NCBI GenBank assembly: GCA_963827755.1
Contig: CAWHCQ010000010.1
Location: forward strand, 1,999-65,998
From: an uncultured Gammaproteobacteria bacterium
GTDB taxonomy: Bacteria; Pseudomonadota; Gammaproteobacteria; UBA9214
DNA length: 64,000 nt
Direction: 5' to 3'
In this document: in pieces, positions 1-9,937 of the stretch
Numbering within the stretch: position 1 is the stretch's first letter
Layout of the letters: each line of letters starts with the position of its first letter
Translations under genes and position numbers: made by a program
Notes under the pieces: generated by a model
The model's database searches: none
Told to the model about the DNA's origin: nothing
Seen by the model: only the letters and a program-made list of their open reading frames with translations

Positions 1-30
1 CCAGAACCCAGACGTTGCCGCCAGACGCCG

Positions 31-1725
31 GTGGCAGCCATGCAGATACCACTTGAACTTCCAGCGATCACCACACCCGCCAGGAACCCTGTTGCCAGGG
101 CGCTACCTGAACAGACTTCTGCGCCCGGGACGAGCACACCGATAGCTGAACCAGCTGCACCTGAAGCGGTTATCCCTGTAGCAGTGACATCTGCAACGGT
201 TAGCTCTGAAACAACCGCGCCTGAAACACTCGCAACCGGCATGCCTGAGGATGGCTGGCATGACGTCACGGTAAAGTCCGGTGACAGTCTTGCCCTCATC
301 TTTTCCCGGCTGGGTATCAGGCCGCAACAACTGGCTGTTCTGCTGCAACAGGGTGGCGCCGTCAATAACCTGAAGAAAATATATCCGGGACAGCACATCA
401 AACTGCAAACCGGCAGCGACAAAGACCTGCTCGCCCTGAGCTACCCGATCGACAGGCACAGCTCCCTGGAAGTCCGCCGTGAATGGGATACGTTCACGGT
501 TAGCACGACACACCGGGTACCCGAGCATCACATCAGCAATGAAGCTGTCACACCTGAAGCTGTTATAGCTGAAGCAGATATTCCTGAAACAAGAGTGCCT
601 GAAATAATCGCAACCGGCATGCCCGGGGACGACTGGCATGACGTCACGGTAAAATCCGGTGACAGTCTTGCCCTCATCTTTTCCCGGCTGGGTATCAGGC
701 CGCAACAACTGGCTGTCCTGCTGCAACAGGGTGGCGCCGTCAAGAACCTGAAGAAGATACATCCGGGACAGCGCATCAGCCTGCAAACCGGCAGTGACAA
801 TGACCTGCTCGCCCTGAGCTACCCGATCGACAAGCTCAGCTCCCTGGAAGTCCGCCGTGACGGGGATAAATTCACTGCACGCACGACACACCGGATTCCC
901 GAGCATCGCGTCAGGAATGCCAGTGTCGAAATCGACGACTCCCTGTTTCTCAGCGCTTCGGAGGCAGGCCTGTCCGATCGCCTGATTATGGAACTGGCGG
1001 GAATTTTTGCATGGGACGTGGATTTCGCACTTGATATCCGTAAAGGCGATCACTTTACCGTGCTTTATGAAGAGTTGTACCTGGACGGCGAAAATATCGG
1101 CGGCGGAAAAATTCTCGCTGCGGAATTTATCAACCGGGGCAAAAAGCACCATGCCATCCACTACACCGATAACAGCGGTGCATCAGATTACTATTCACTT
1201 GACGGCAAGAGCATGCGCAAGACTTTCCTGCGTACACCGGTCGAATTCAGCCGCATAAGTTCACGCTTCAGTCTTGGACGCAAACACCCCATCCTCAACC
1301 GGATACGCGCCCACAAGGGCGTCGACTACGCAGCGGCGCGCGGCACCCCGGTCAAGGCCACGGCCAATGGCAAAATTGTCCATCGCGGCAAGAAAGGCGG
1401 CTATGGCAATACCATTATTATTCAGCATGGCACCCGCTACAGCACCCTCTATGCCCACCTCTCCAAATACCGCGGCGGTCTGAGAACAGGCAGCCGCGTA
1501 AAACAGGGGCAAACTATCGGCTATATCGGCAGTACCGGGCTGGCAACCGGGCCACATCTGCATTACGAATTCAGGGTTGATGGTGTACACCGTGACCCGC
1601 TCAGAACAAAACTTCCGGGCGCTGAATCCCTGGACAAGAAGTACCGTGATGATTTTGACGAGAAGGCGCAAGCCCTGCTTGCACAGTTGAACCTGGTACG
1701 CGATGTACAGATAGCCAGCCGTTGA
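31..1725 (+). CDS. M23 family murein endopeptidase (MepM/YebA-like) with a duplicated LysM/OapA-like module; the frame is open back to base 1, so the 5' end may lie outside the window
   Basis: 564-aa ORF. C-terminal M23 motifs HKGVDYAA, GNTIIIQHG, GPHLHYEF. Two ~126-aa modules containing DWHDVTVKSGDSLALIFSRLGIRPQQLAVLLQQGGAV. No stop codon between bases 1 and 31. Confidence 0.85.
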   Translation: MAAMQIPLELPAITTPARNPVARALPEQTSAPGTSTPIAEPAAPEAVIPVAVTSATVSSETTAPETLATGMPEDGWHDVTVKSGDSLALIFSRLGIRPQQLAVLLQQGGAVNNLKKIYPGQHIKLQTGSDKDLLALSYPIDRHSSLEVRREWDTFTVSTTHRVPEHHISNEAVTPEAVIAEADIPETRVPEIIATGMPGDDWHDVTVKSGDSLALIFSRLGIRPQQLAVLLQQGGAVKNLKKIHPGQRISLQTGSDNDLLALSYPIDKLSSLEVRRDGDKFTARTTHRIPEHRVRNASVEIDDSLFLSASEAGLSDRLIMELAGIFAWDVDFALDIRKGDHFTVLYEELYLDGENIGGGKILAAEFINRGKKHHAIHYTDNSGASDYYSLDGKSMRKTFLRTPVEFSRISSRFSLGRKHPILNRIRAHKGVDYAAARGTPVKATANGKIVHRGKKGGYGNTIIIQHGTRYSTLYAHLSKYRGGLRTGSRVKQGQTIGYIGSTGLATGPHLHYEFRVDGVHRDPLRTKLPGAESLDKKYRDDFDEKAQALLAQLNLVRDVQIASR

Positions 1726-1820
1726 ACAGGACCCGGCATGGCTTTACATAAAGTCAGGGCGCCTGGTACTCATGACATCTTCTCATTCAGACCAAAGACC
1801 GTTTCAAGCACCCTGAAACC

Positions 1821-2948
1821 TTGTCCATGACAGACCTGTACATCGGCCTGATGTCCGGCACCAGTATGGATGGAATAGATGCCGCCCTGGCTGACTTCTC
1901 ATCGGTGCACACTCACGTACTCGCAACACACAGGGAACCCTACCCCGACGCTGTACACGCACAACTGGTCGCCGCTCTCGAGTTACAGGATCCGCGCAAT
2001 GAAAACCTGGCCGGGCTCGATGATGCTGTCGGCAGGAGTTTCGCACGCGCGACGCGCCAGCTGCTTGCAGCCGCAGACATCGACCGTACCGGGATAAAGG
2101 CCATCGGCAGTCACGGGCAAACCATTCGTCATGAACCCAATGCCGCTCAGCCCTACTCACTGCAATTCGGCAACCCGCAGATCATCGCCGCCGAAACCGG
2201 CATCGACGTGGTTGCTGACTTCCGCAGCGCCGATATAAGGGCCGGCGGACAGGGTGCACCGCTTGTCCCCGCCTTTCACAAGGCAGTTTTTTCAGCTGCC
2301 ACCGAAAACCGGGTGGTTGTAAATATCGGCGGTATCGCCAATATAACCGTGCTACCCGCCGACCCGGCCAGTGCAGTGACCGGGTTTGACACCGGCCCCG
2401 GCAACACCCTGATGGATGCCTGGGCACGGCAACACCTGGATGCAGCAATGGATGCAGACGGCCACTGGGCGGCAGGCGGGACATGTGACAGGCAATTACT
2501 TGAGATGCTGCTGGGAGATGCCTACTTTTCCCTGGCACCACCGAAGAGCACGGGGCGTGAATATTTCAACCTCGACTGGCTGTACGGATTTTCTGCTATA
2601 AAAAACATCGCAGCAGAAGACATACAGGCCACATTGTGCAGCCTCACCACGCGCACGATCATCGAGGCCATTGACCGGCATGCGCCTGATACACGACGCC
2701 TGCTCGTCTGCGGGGGCGGCATACACAACAACTGCCTGATGCAGCAATTAACGACGGGGCTGCCCGCAGTCACCGTTGAATCAACAGCACAATACGGGCT
2801 TGATCCGGACTGGGTGGAAGCCGCTGCGTTTGCCTGGCTGGCAAAACAAAAGCTCGAGGCCCGGCCGGGCAACCTGCCGGAAGTCACCGGTGCAATACGC
2901 CCGGTAATCCTGGGTACACTTGTCAGCCCCGCCAACAAGCAGCAATAG
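1821..2948 (+). CDS. anmK: anhydro-N-acetylmuramic acid kinase
   Basis: 375-aa ORF with N-terminal GLMSGTSMDGIDAAL and the AnmK pattern along its full length. Confidence 0.9.
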   Translation: MSMTDLYIGLMSGTSMDGIDAALADFSSVHTHVLATHREPYPDAVHAQLVAALELQDPRNENLAGLDDAVGRSFARATRQLLAAADIDRTGIKAIGSHGQTIRHEPNAAQPYSLQFGNPQIIAAETGIDVVADFRSADIRAGGQGAPLVPAFHKAVFSAATENRVVVNIGGIANITVLPADPASAVTGFDTGPGNTLMDAWARQHLDAAMDADGHWAAGGTCDRQLLEMLLGDAYFSLAPPKSTGREYFNLDWLYGFSAIKNIAAEDIQATLCSLTTRTIIEAIDRHAPDTRRLLVCGGGIHNNCLMQQLTTGLPAVTVESTAQYGLDPDWVEAAAFAWLAKQKLEARPGNLPEVTGAIRPVILGTLVSPANKQQ

Positions 2949-3020
2949 GTCACTGCCGTGTCCGTCGCTGCTCTCCTTTTCCTGGCCTGCGGCAAATAGA
3001 GACACCGCTACAGTGAGTCT

Positions 3021-3755
3021 TCAGGCAACCTGTGCGTAGCGGTCCGCCAGCTTCTTGAAATTACTCAATGAGGCCAGGTGCAAATAGATCAGTTCCAGTT
3101 CATCGGTTTTCAGCAGCTCGACAAGCGTATCTTTGGGTAAGGCCTTCAGTTTCGCGCGATCGATGGCATTGAACCCGGCCAGGGACGATTTGGCTCCACC
3201 CTTGACATGGAAATCTGCCCGCATGGGCGCCAGCAGCCCAAGGTCTTTTATGTGCCTGGAGAACCGGCTGGTATGCTGGATCTGGGTCTGGTAGTCCTGC
3301 AGGAACTCGATGGATTTTTTCAGAAACCCGGTCTGCTCGCCGGATATATCAAACAGGGCCTCGCCTTCCGTAGTATTGAAGACCTCTGCGCTCTCGTCGA
3401 TACATACCACCAACTCCTGCTCATTATCACCGGTCTTGCCGGTAATAAAGGGATAGCGGCGCACATAGGCAGGCACGTAAGCGGCATCCCAGGTCCCATC
3501 GCTGTTAAGGAACCGGTTTTCATCCCTGTTAAGTCCGAGCACAACCGCAGGATTGACCGTATCACCTTCCTCGATAAATACGATGGGGTATTCCCTGAAT
3601 GCAAGCGGAAATTCCACCGCCGTAACCAGCAAGGCATTGGCATCTTTTGCATAGTTATAACCTGAGCCGGGCTTGATGCGCAGTTTCCCGTGCTGCTCTT
3701 TGGATATCGGCACAACCTGCTTGTAAAATAATGGTTTTCTGGATTCAGCCTTCAT
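3021..3755 (-). CDS. SapC family protein
   Basis: ORF 3021..3908. The internal ATG at 3755 (MKAESRKPLFYKQVVPISKEQHG...) fits SapC-like N-termini; AVEFPLAFREYPIVFIEEGD is SapC-like. Confidence 0.6.
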   Translation of the reverse strand: MKAESRKPLFYKQVVPISKEQHGKLRIKPGSGYNYAKDANALLVTAVEFPLAFREYPIVFIEEGDTVNPAVVLGLNRDENRFLNSDGTWDAAYVPAYVRRYPFITGKTGDNEQELVVCIDESAEVFNTTEGEALFDISGEQTGFLKKSIEFLQDYQTQIQHTSRFSRHIKDLGLLAPMRADFHVKGGAKSSLAGFNAIDRAKLKALPKDTLVELLKTDELELIYLHLASLSNFKKLADRYAQVA

Positions 3756-4043
3756 CACATTTCCCCGGTCTGCTTTTAAATGCATCGTCTCAACGTGCAG
3801 GAAGAATAAAACCCAATATCCGTAAAGTCCATGGTTATTGACCAACAGGCCATGCCGGTTTTTACGCCGGGTAAAGGAGCGCAACGACAAAACCGGCGCA
3901 ACCACCAATGCCAGCTTCGACCCAAACCCGGCATGGCCGTCTCATGTAATTTTCTGTATTTCGGCAACACCAATACCATGGACATCTGTTTACCCGGAGT
4001 TACATATGAGTCTGCTTGCACCGGTCCCGGCAAGCGGTCTTCT

Positions 4044-5531
4044 TTATAGCTGTTTACGCAGTTGTTGCAATGCATCCTTGTCTATCGTTACAGGCTCACT
4101 GGCTACCAGCTGTTCGAGTATCTGTTTTTCTTTTTCTGCCCTGCGTTGTTTGAGCAATGCGGCTACCAGTGCCGGGCGCGACTCCTCCAGTGTCTGCTGG
4201 CGGGCGGGCTGGTGCTCGAGGATCTTGATAAGCTGCCAGCCCCGCTGGAATTGTACCGGCCCGATAACCGCGCCGGGCTGACTTCCGCTGATCATCTGCC
4301 TCAAGTCGGGCAGCAGGGCCTCTGTATTCAACCAGCCGATATCACCGCCATTTTGTGCGGATTGCGGTTCCTGGGAATATTGTCTTGCGAGGGCCGCGAA
4401 ATCGGCACCACCGGCACGCGCTGCGCTAGCAAGATTGCCGACCCTTGTTGCGTCAGTCGCAGAATCCCCGCTGCTTGCGATAACAATCTTCGCGAGGTGA
4501 TAACGATCCGGCACGACCAGCTTGCCAAGATTATTCTGGTAATTTTCCTGAACCAGTAACTCACTCGGGAAATCTGCCTCCGGGGTCGACCAGTTCTGCA
4601 TATACGTTGTATACAAGACCTGCAAACGTGCCTGCTCCATGTGGTTATTCACCTCCGGGCGGGCATTGAACTTCTCTGCAATCGCTTCATTCAGGACGAA
4701 GTATTGCAGCGCGAGTCGATTCAAATACTGCTGCAACTGCTGTGTATTGCTTAACACCAGGCGCTGCTGCGACGGCTCCAGGCTGCCCAGCGACCTCACG
4801 GCCAGCCCCATGCTGACAGTCATGTTACCCATGCGGGCAACCGGATCCTTCATGAGCTGCGCATTCTGCAGTTGCTTTTGCTCCTGCGGCAACTTGAGGT
4901 ATTCGACCAGTTTATTCATATCAAGCTCGATGGGGTTGCTGGTGACCAGGCCTGCGACATAGTTTTGCTCATTTTCCTGTCTCTGCTTTTCTCGCAACTG
5001 TTGCCTGATAGCCGGCTCTATTTCCTTCAGCGGCTTGAGGGCCGGTGTGCCGGCAGTGGCGCGCTGTTGCTGGCTTGCCTCGTAGACCTTCGCAACAGTG
5101 ACGACATCAGGATAATCAGCCGGCGGCTCGGTTTTTTCATTCATATACATGCTGTAGAGGATATTCTTCAAGACTTTATCGGTTTTTTCCTTTACTTCAG
5201 CCCGCTCCTGCCAGTTCTGTGCGGCGGCCCGGGTGATCACATTCGTACGCAAGGCGACACCCTTGACGAGATCTTCAAGCCCGCCCTCCTTGTTGAGCGC
5301 CGTGTTGACAAGCTGCTCATCGAGTGACTGCAGGTAACCGAGAACCTGTTTATTGCTGATACTGACCGCGCCCATGCTGGCGACGATACGATCTTCATTG
5401 GCATCCGCGCCGGGCGGCATATCGGAAATGGCAGAATCAGGTTTACTGCGATTCTGGCAACCGACGATAACCACCAGGGATGCTGTCAGCAGCAAAGATA
5501 CAAGGGCATTCTTCCAGTACATCTTTTTCAT
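4044..5531 (-). CDS. periplasmic parvulin-type peptidyl-prolyl isomerase lipoprotein (SurA/PpiD-like)
   Basis: 495 aa. Lipoprotein signal LLLTASLVVIVGC. C-terminal PpiC-type domain GGDIGWLNTEALLPDL...GWQLIKILE. Confidence 0.7.
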   Translation of the reverse strand: MKKMYWKNALVSLLLTASLVVIVGCQNRSKPDSAISDMPPGADANEDRIVASMGAVSISNKQVLGYLQSLDEQLVNTALNKEGGLEDLVKGVALRTNVITRAAAQNWQERAEVKEKTDKVLKNILYSMYMNEKTEPPADYPDVVTVAKVYEASQQQRATAGTPALKPLKEIEPAIRQQLREKQRQENEQNYVAGLVTSNPIELDMNKLVEYLKLPQEQKQLQNAQLMKDPVARMGNMTVSMGLAVRSLGSLEPSQQRLVLSNTQQLQQYLNRLALQYFVLNEAIAEKFNARPEVNNHMEQARLQVLYTTYMQNWSTPEADFPSELLVQENYQNNLGKLVVPDRYHLAKIVIASSGDSATDATRVGNLASAARAGGADFAALARQYSQEPQSAQNGGDIGWLNTEALLPDLRQMISGSQPGAVIGPVQFQRGWQLIKILEHQPARQQTLEESRPALVAALLKQRRAEKEKQILEQLVASEPVTIDKDALQQLRKQL

Positions 5532-5681
5532 AATGGCTCTCTTTTGAATACTGTTAAATCCTTAAAAAAATTCGTCAGCCCTGGAAGCTGACCCATATAG
5601 CTGGCCGGGCTCGCGATTCTAGTCAATTTTCCGGCCCCGGGACAGAAAGAAAAGCTCCCCGGCGGCCCGCTCGGGAAACTG

Positions 5682-6845
5682 TCAGCGCCTGTCGATCGGG
5701 GTGTACTCCCTGATCGCTTCCCCGGTATAGACCTGTGTGGGCCTGAATATCCGGTTTTCCGACACCTGCTCACGCCAATGCGCCAGCCAGCCGGCCGTGC
5801 GGGAGATTGCGAAGATCGAGGTAAACTGATCCGGCGGGTATGCCCATTTCGAGATACAGTATGCCCGAATAAAAATCGACATTCGGATAGATGCCCCTGG
5901 GAGCAAGGGTCTCTTCACAGGCCTCTTCCAGCGCCAGCGCAGTCTCGAACATCGGACTGAGATTTCCGCGTGATTCAGCCAGCTCCCTGAGCAACTTTTG
6001 CAGCAGGGTGGCGCGCGGGTCCTTGACCTTGTATTCACGATGCCCCATACCCCAGATGGTTTCTTTGGCTGCCAGCTTGTTTTCCAGCCATGCCCTTGCA
6101 TTTTCAGGCTTGCCGATTTCCCGCAGCATTTCGACCACCCGCTCGTTGGCACCGCCGTGCAAGCGGTCCGGCCAGGGTGCCGATAGCAGCGGATATGACG
6201 TAGGACGGCATGGCCAGGGTTGAGCCGGAAACCATCGCGGCAAAGGTGGAGGCATTGATGGTGTGCTCGGCATGCAGCACAAAACAGGCATCCATGATCC
6301 TGACCAGCAGCGGCTCCGGCTCTATCCCAGTTATGAAACATGCAGAGAAAATTCGCGGCATAGCTGAGATCGGTTCTCGGGCGCACCGGGTAATTGCCGA
6401 TGCGCAACTGCTGCCACATCGCCACCAGCGTCGCCATGCGCGCAAGGATACGAATGGACTGGCCATGCACATACTGGTCACTTTCGTCGCCCGGGCTGCG
6501 AATCTGTACCGGCATATTATTAGGATAAAACATTCCCAGGCTGGCAACTGCGGTTTGCAACATTTCCATCGGGTGCCCGGTAACCGGCAGGGACTTCATG
6601 ATGTCGTGGATGTTGTATTTTACCCGCCGGTGTACGCGCAGTTGCCCGTCGAAGCGTTGCAGCTGGTCCGTGTTCGGGAGACTTCCGTCCAGCAGCAGGT
6701 AGGCGGTTTCCTCGTAACTGCTGTGCTCGGCCAGGTCGACAATCCTGTAACCCCGGTAGGTGAGGATGCCCTTTTGACCATCCAGGTAGGAGATACTTGA
6801 TTTGGTCGCTGGAACACCTTCCAGGCCTGGTTGATACTCAATCAC
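5682..6845 (-). pseudogene. citrate synthase / 2-methylcitrate synthase family gene interrupted by three frameshifts
   Basis: Citrate-synthase sequence is spread over three reading frames. Frame of 6845: GLEGVPATKSSISYLDG...YAANFLCMF. ORF 6104..6547: EPEPLLVRIMDACFVLHAEHTINASTF. ORF 5770..6291: LHGGANERVVEML...PNVDFYSGILYLEMGIP. It then returns to the first frame: FAISRTAGWLAHWREQ. Confidence 0.8.
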
Positions 6846-7009
6846 GGTGCATCCTCTGTAGGGGTAAGTGCTGCCGGGTACTGATTATAAACCAGCCGGA
6901 TTCGGTTGCCGGACTGCCAGTGTACCGAAGCCGGGTTTTTCGCGGGTTGAAGCGCCGGGGCAGGCGAAAAAACGGGTGAGGTGCGCGGTCCAGGCCGTCA
7001 GGCTAGTAA

Positions 7010-7037
7010 TAACAAGGGGGCGAAAACGCCCCCTGGC
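7010..7037 (-). terminator. candidate intrinsic terminator downstream of erpA
   Basis: GGGGGCG-AAAA-CGCCCCC stem-loop at 7018-7035, followed on the minus strand by TTGTTATT. Confidence 0.5.
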
Positions 7038-7061
7038 CGGTAGATGTCTGGAGATCAGGTC

Positions 7062-7415
7062 TCAGACTGAAAAAGAGGAACCGCAACCGCAGGTCGTCGA
7101 GGCATTCGGGTTACGCACCACGAACTGCGAGCCCTGCAAATCCTCGACATAATCAACCTCGGAACCCATCAGGTACTGGATACTCATGGGATCGATGACC
7201 AGGGCGACGTCGCCGTTTTCAATGGTTATGTCACCCTCGGTGACATTCTCGTCAAACGAGAAACCGTACTGAAAACCGGAACAGCCGCCGCCGGAGATGT
7301 ACAGGCGCAGCTTGAGGTTTGGATTTTTTTCCTCTTCAATCAGGCGCTTGACCTTGCTCGCGGCCGCGTCTGTAAAGGTCAAATCGACGGCTGGTGCTAT
7401 AGCAACTTCACTCAT
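7062..7415 (-). CDS. erpA: iron-sulfur cluster insertion protein ErpA
   Basis: 117 aa; [20 protein letters not shown] and C-terminal CGCGSSFSV. Confidence 0.9.
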   Translation of the reverse strand: MSEVAIAPAVDLTFTDAAASKVKRLIEEEKNPNLKLRLYISGGGCSGFQYGFSFDENVTEGDITIENGDVALVIDPMSIQYLMGSEVDYVEDLQGSQFVVRNPNASTTCGCGSSFSV

Positions 7416-7490
7416 AACTTATACGACCTCTTGCCGGTGACAACGTTTCATGCAAAAAGTATGTCATTTCCCGAGTAAAATGGTCAAGTA

Positions 7491-7925
7491 TTACTCTTGG
7501 GAGTCATGACCCCCCGCCATATCCCGGCCGAAAGAAATCACCGAACTGGAGGATTCTTCCCGGTGTATCAGGCTGCCGTTGACCTGGGCACCCATGGCCA
7601 TCTCGATCAGGTTGTAATACACATCGCCGCTGACCTTTGCCTTGGAGGCCAGTTCGATCCGTTCATCCGAACGGATATCTCCACTCACAGTACCATTGAG
7701 AATAACCGTGGCCGCCTGTACAGCACCCTCGATACTGCCATGCTCGCTGACCGTGAGTATCGACGCTGAACCTTCCTCGGCAACGACATTGCCCTTGAGG
7801 GTACCGTCGATATGCAAACTGCCGGTGAAGTGAATATCGCCTTCAACCCGGCTTTGTTGCCCGATGATGGTATTCGCTGCCGCGCCTTGCCTCGTTTCTT
7901 TCCTGCCTTGCCCCAACATAGCCAT
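7491..7925 (-). CDS. bactofilin (polymer-forming cytoskeletal protein)
   Basis: 144 aa with a repetitive beta-helix pattern (VEGDIHFTGSLHIDGTLKGNV...VSGDIRSDERIEL...VSGDVYY). Confidence 0.8.
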   Translation of the reverse strand: MAMLGQGRKETRQGAAANTIIGQQSRVEGDIHFTGSLHIDGTLKGNVVAEEGSASILTVSEHGSIEGAVQAATVILNGTVSGDIRSDERIELASKAKVSGDVYYNLIEMAMGAQVNGSLIHREESSSSVISFGRDMAGGHDSQE

Positions 7926-7935
7926 TCTCCTGTTG

Positions 7936-8631
7936 TTAAGAACCCGCTTCAGGCCAGTCGAATACCTGTTCCACGGCTTCCTGCCCGGCCTTGCCCGCCG
8001 GCGTAACCGCCAGGGTTACCTGCGTGGCCTCGAAACCCTCCGGCAGGGTAATCACGCCCGAGAGGGACTGAAAATAGCGAAAACGGAATTTAAGCTGCAG
8101 TACAGCAGGATGGGTCACGCCCGCAAGTCCCAGTTCGCCGGGCTCGCCCATCATCAACCCGGATATCCTCCAGTAAACCACGCCACTGACAAATCGCTTG
8201 TGCTGCGCCAGCTGTGTCAGCACCAGGGTATACACATACCTGCCGGGCAGCACATCTTGCTTCAGCTTGAAGCGGTGAATACGCAACCCGGACTGCACTG
8301 CACCGGGAGAGACGATGCCGCGGTAAAATTCAACCTCTTCGCGCGCCGCCTGCAACTCCTCCTCCAGCCTTGCCAGGTCATTGCTGACATCCTCGATGGC
8401 CTCGCGGTCAATCACGGCTGATCGCTCAAAAACCGCAATCCGGCCGTTCAGGGACTCGTTCTCTCTCAGCAGCCTGATATTCTGCTCCATCAGGCCTGCG
8501 TGCCCGGTGCGCAGTTCTGCAAGCTCCACGGCGCCATTCAACTTGCCGAAATCGTACAACCACCAGAGCCCGTATACCGCCAGGCCGATAGCGGCAACGC
8601 CGGCGAGAAGCGTCAGGTAATCACGCAGCAT
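7936..8631 (-). CDS. membrane-anchored coiled-coil protein of unknown function
   Basis: 231 aa. N-terminal TM helix LLAGVAAIGLAVYGLWWLY followed by a heptad-rich segment. Codirectional and tightly spaced with bactofilin and argC. Confidence 0.5.
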   Translation of the reverse strand: MLRDYLTLLAGVAAIGLAVYGLWWLYDFGKLNGAVELAELRTGHAGLMEQNIRLLRENESLNGRIAVFERSAVIDREAIEDVSNDLARLEEELQAAREEVEFYRGIVSPGAVQSGLRIHRFKLKQDVLPGRYVYTLVLTQLAQHKRFVSGVVYWRISGLMMGEPGELGLAGVTHPAVLQLKFRFRYFQSLSGVITLPEGFEATQVTLAVTPAGKAGQEAVEQVFDWPEAGS

Positions 8632-8685
8632 AGGCCCCCGGTCCAGCCAGGCGGCAAGTGTATATGAGTGTCCGGCCGCGCAGCA

Positions 8686-9717
8686 TCAGGGCAATAACGC
8701 AATACCCGTCAGCCCGGCCTTTTCATCAAGGCCGAACATAATGTTCATATTCTGCACGGCCTGGCCGGCGGCGCCCTTGACCAGGTTGTCGATGACCGCA
8801 AGCACGACCACGGTATTGCCCTGCTGCGGCCGGTGTATTGCGATCCGGCAATGATTCGCCCCGCGGACACTGCGGGTTTCCGGGTGTGCGCCGGCCGGCA
8901 GGACATCCACAAAATATTCTTCCGCATAACGCGCTTCGTACAGCGCCTGCAGGTCACGATCGGCATCCGTCAGTTGCGCGTACAGCGTCGCATGGATGCC
9001 GCGAATCATCGGCGTCAGGTGCGGCACAAACGTCAGGCCCACCGGCTGCCCCGCAGCCGCTTCCAGCCCCTGCGAGATTTCCGGCAGGTGGCGGTGACCG
9101 GGCACGGCATAGGCCTTGAAATTTTCACTGGCCTCGCACAGCAACGCGCCGGTTGCAGGCTTTCTGCCGGCGCCACTGACACCGGATTTTGCATCGGCAA
9201 TCAGGTGGTTGATGTCGACCAGGCCTTCTTCAAGCAGCGGCAGGAAACCCAGCTGCACGGCCGTCGGATAGCAGCCCGGGTTGGCGACCAGTTGAGCCGG
9301 TGCTATGGCATCACGGTTTATTTCAGCCAGGCCGTAGACCGCCTGTGAAAGAAGATCGGGGCAGGCATGTTCAATTCCGTACCACTGCTCCCAGGTCTGC
9401 GGCTGCCTGAGCCTGAAGTCGGCTGCGAGGTCAATCACGCGCACGCCGGCCTCGAGCAACTGCGGCGCCATTGTCATCGCCGTTCCATTCGGTGTGGCAA
9501 AATACACCAGGTCACAGCGGGCCAGTTGGCCGGCATCCGGCTGTGAAAATTCCAGGTCAACACAACCGCGCAGGTTTGGAAACATGTCAGCGACGGCAAC
9601 CCCGGCCTCTGAACGCGAGGTGATCACGGACAAATCGACGTCCGGGTGCAGGGCAAGCAGGCGCAGCAGCTCTACGCCGGTATAACCCGTCCCGCCGACC
9701 ACAGCGACCTTTATCAT
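8686..9717 (-). CDS. argC: N-acetyl-gamma-glutamyl-phosphate reductase
   Basis: 343 aa; [21 protein letters not shown] and active-site region ANPGCYPTA. Confidence 0.92.
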   Translation of the reverse strand: MIKVAVVGGTGYTGVELLRLLALHPDVDLSVITSRSEAGVAVADMFPNLRGCVDLEFSQPDAGQLARCDLVYFATPNGTAMTMAPQLLEAGVRVIDLAADFRLRQPQTWEQWYGIEHACPDLLSQAVYGLAEINRDAIAPAQLVANPGCYPTAVQLGFLPLLEEGLVDINHLIADAKSGVSGAGRKPATGALLCEASENFKAYAVPGHRHLPEISQGLEAAAGQPVGLTFVPHLTPMIRGIHATLYAQLTDADRDLQALYEARYAEEYFVDVLPAGAHPETRSVRGANHCRIAIHRPQQGNTVVVLAVIDNLVKGAAGQAVQNMNIMFGLDEKAGLTGIALLP

Positions 9718-9824
9718 GTTCGTGTTACCTGTAGAATGAATTGCAGGTCAAGGATAGTACACCATCCCGGGAGCCTGTCGGACCCGGGCCGGTGATTCTA
9801 CAATATGTGCCCTGTTATCGTTAT

Positions 9825-9912
9825 GTAGCCCGAATGAAGCATCGCGGAATCCGGGAAAGCATGAGCACACGACCACCCCGGATTCCTGTCCTGCGGACCT
9901 GCATCCGGCTAC
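9825..9912. repeat. REPIN-like inverted pair of GTAG-headed REP sequences (class B)
   Basis: GTAGCCCGAATGAAGCATCGCGGAATCCGGG (9825-9855) faces CCCGGATTCCTGTCCTGCGGACCTGCATCCGGCTAC (9877-9912). The latter is the reverse complement of the 12238 copy with 2 mismatches. Confidence 0.6.
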
Positions 9913-9937
9913 GGTACTTACCCGCCAGGGACTGATT

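Noticed and set aside
103-1161. 352-aa ORF antisense to the M23 peptidase gene
   Set aside because: It is a shadow ORF. The plus-strand frame carries clear LysM-like and M23 motifs, and the antisense product is Cys/Arg-rich and itself duplicated only because the sense gene is.
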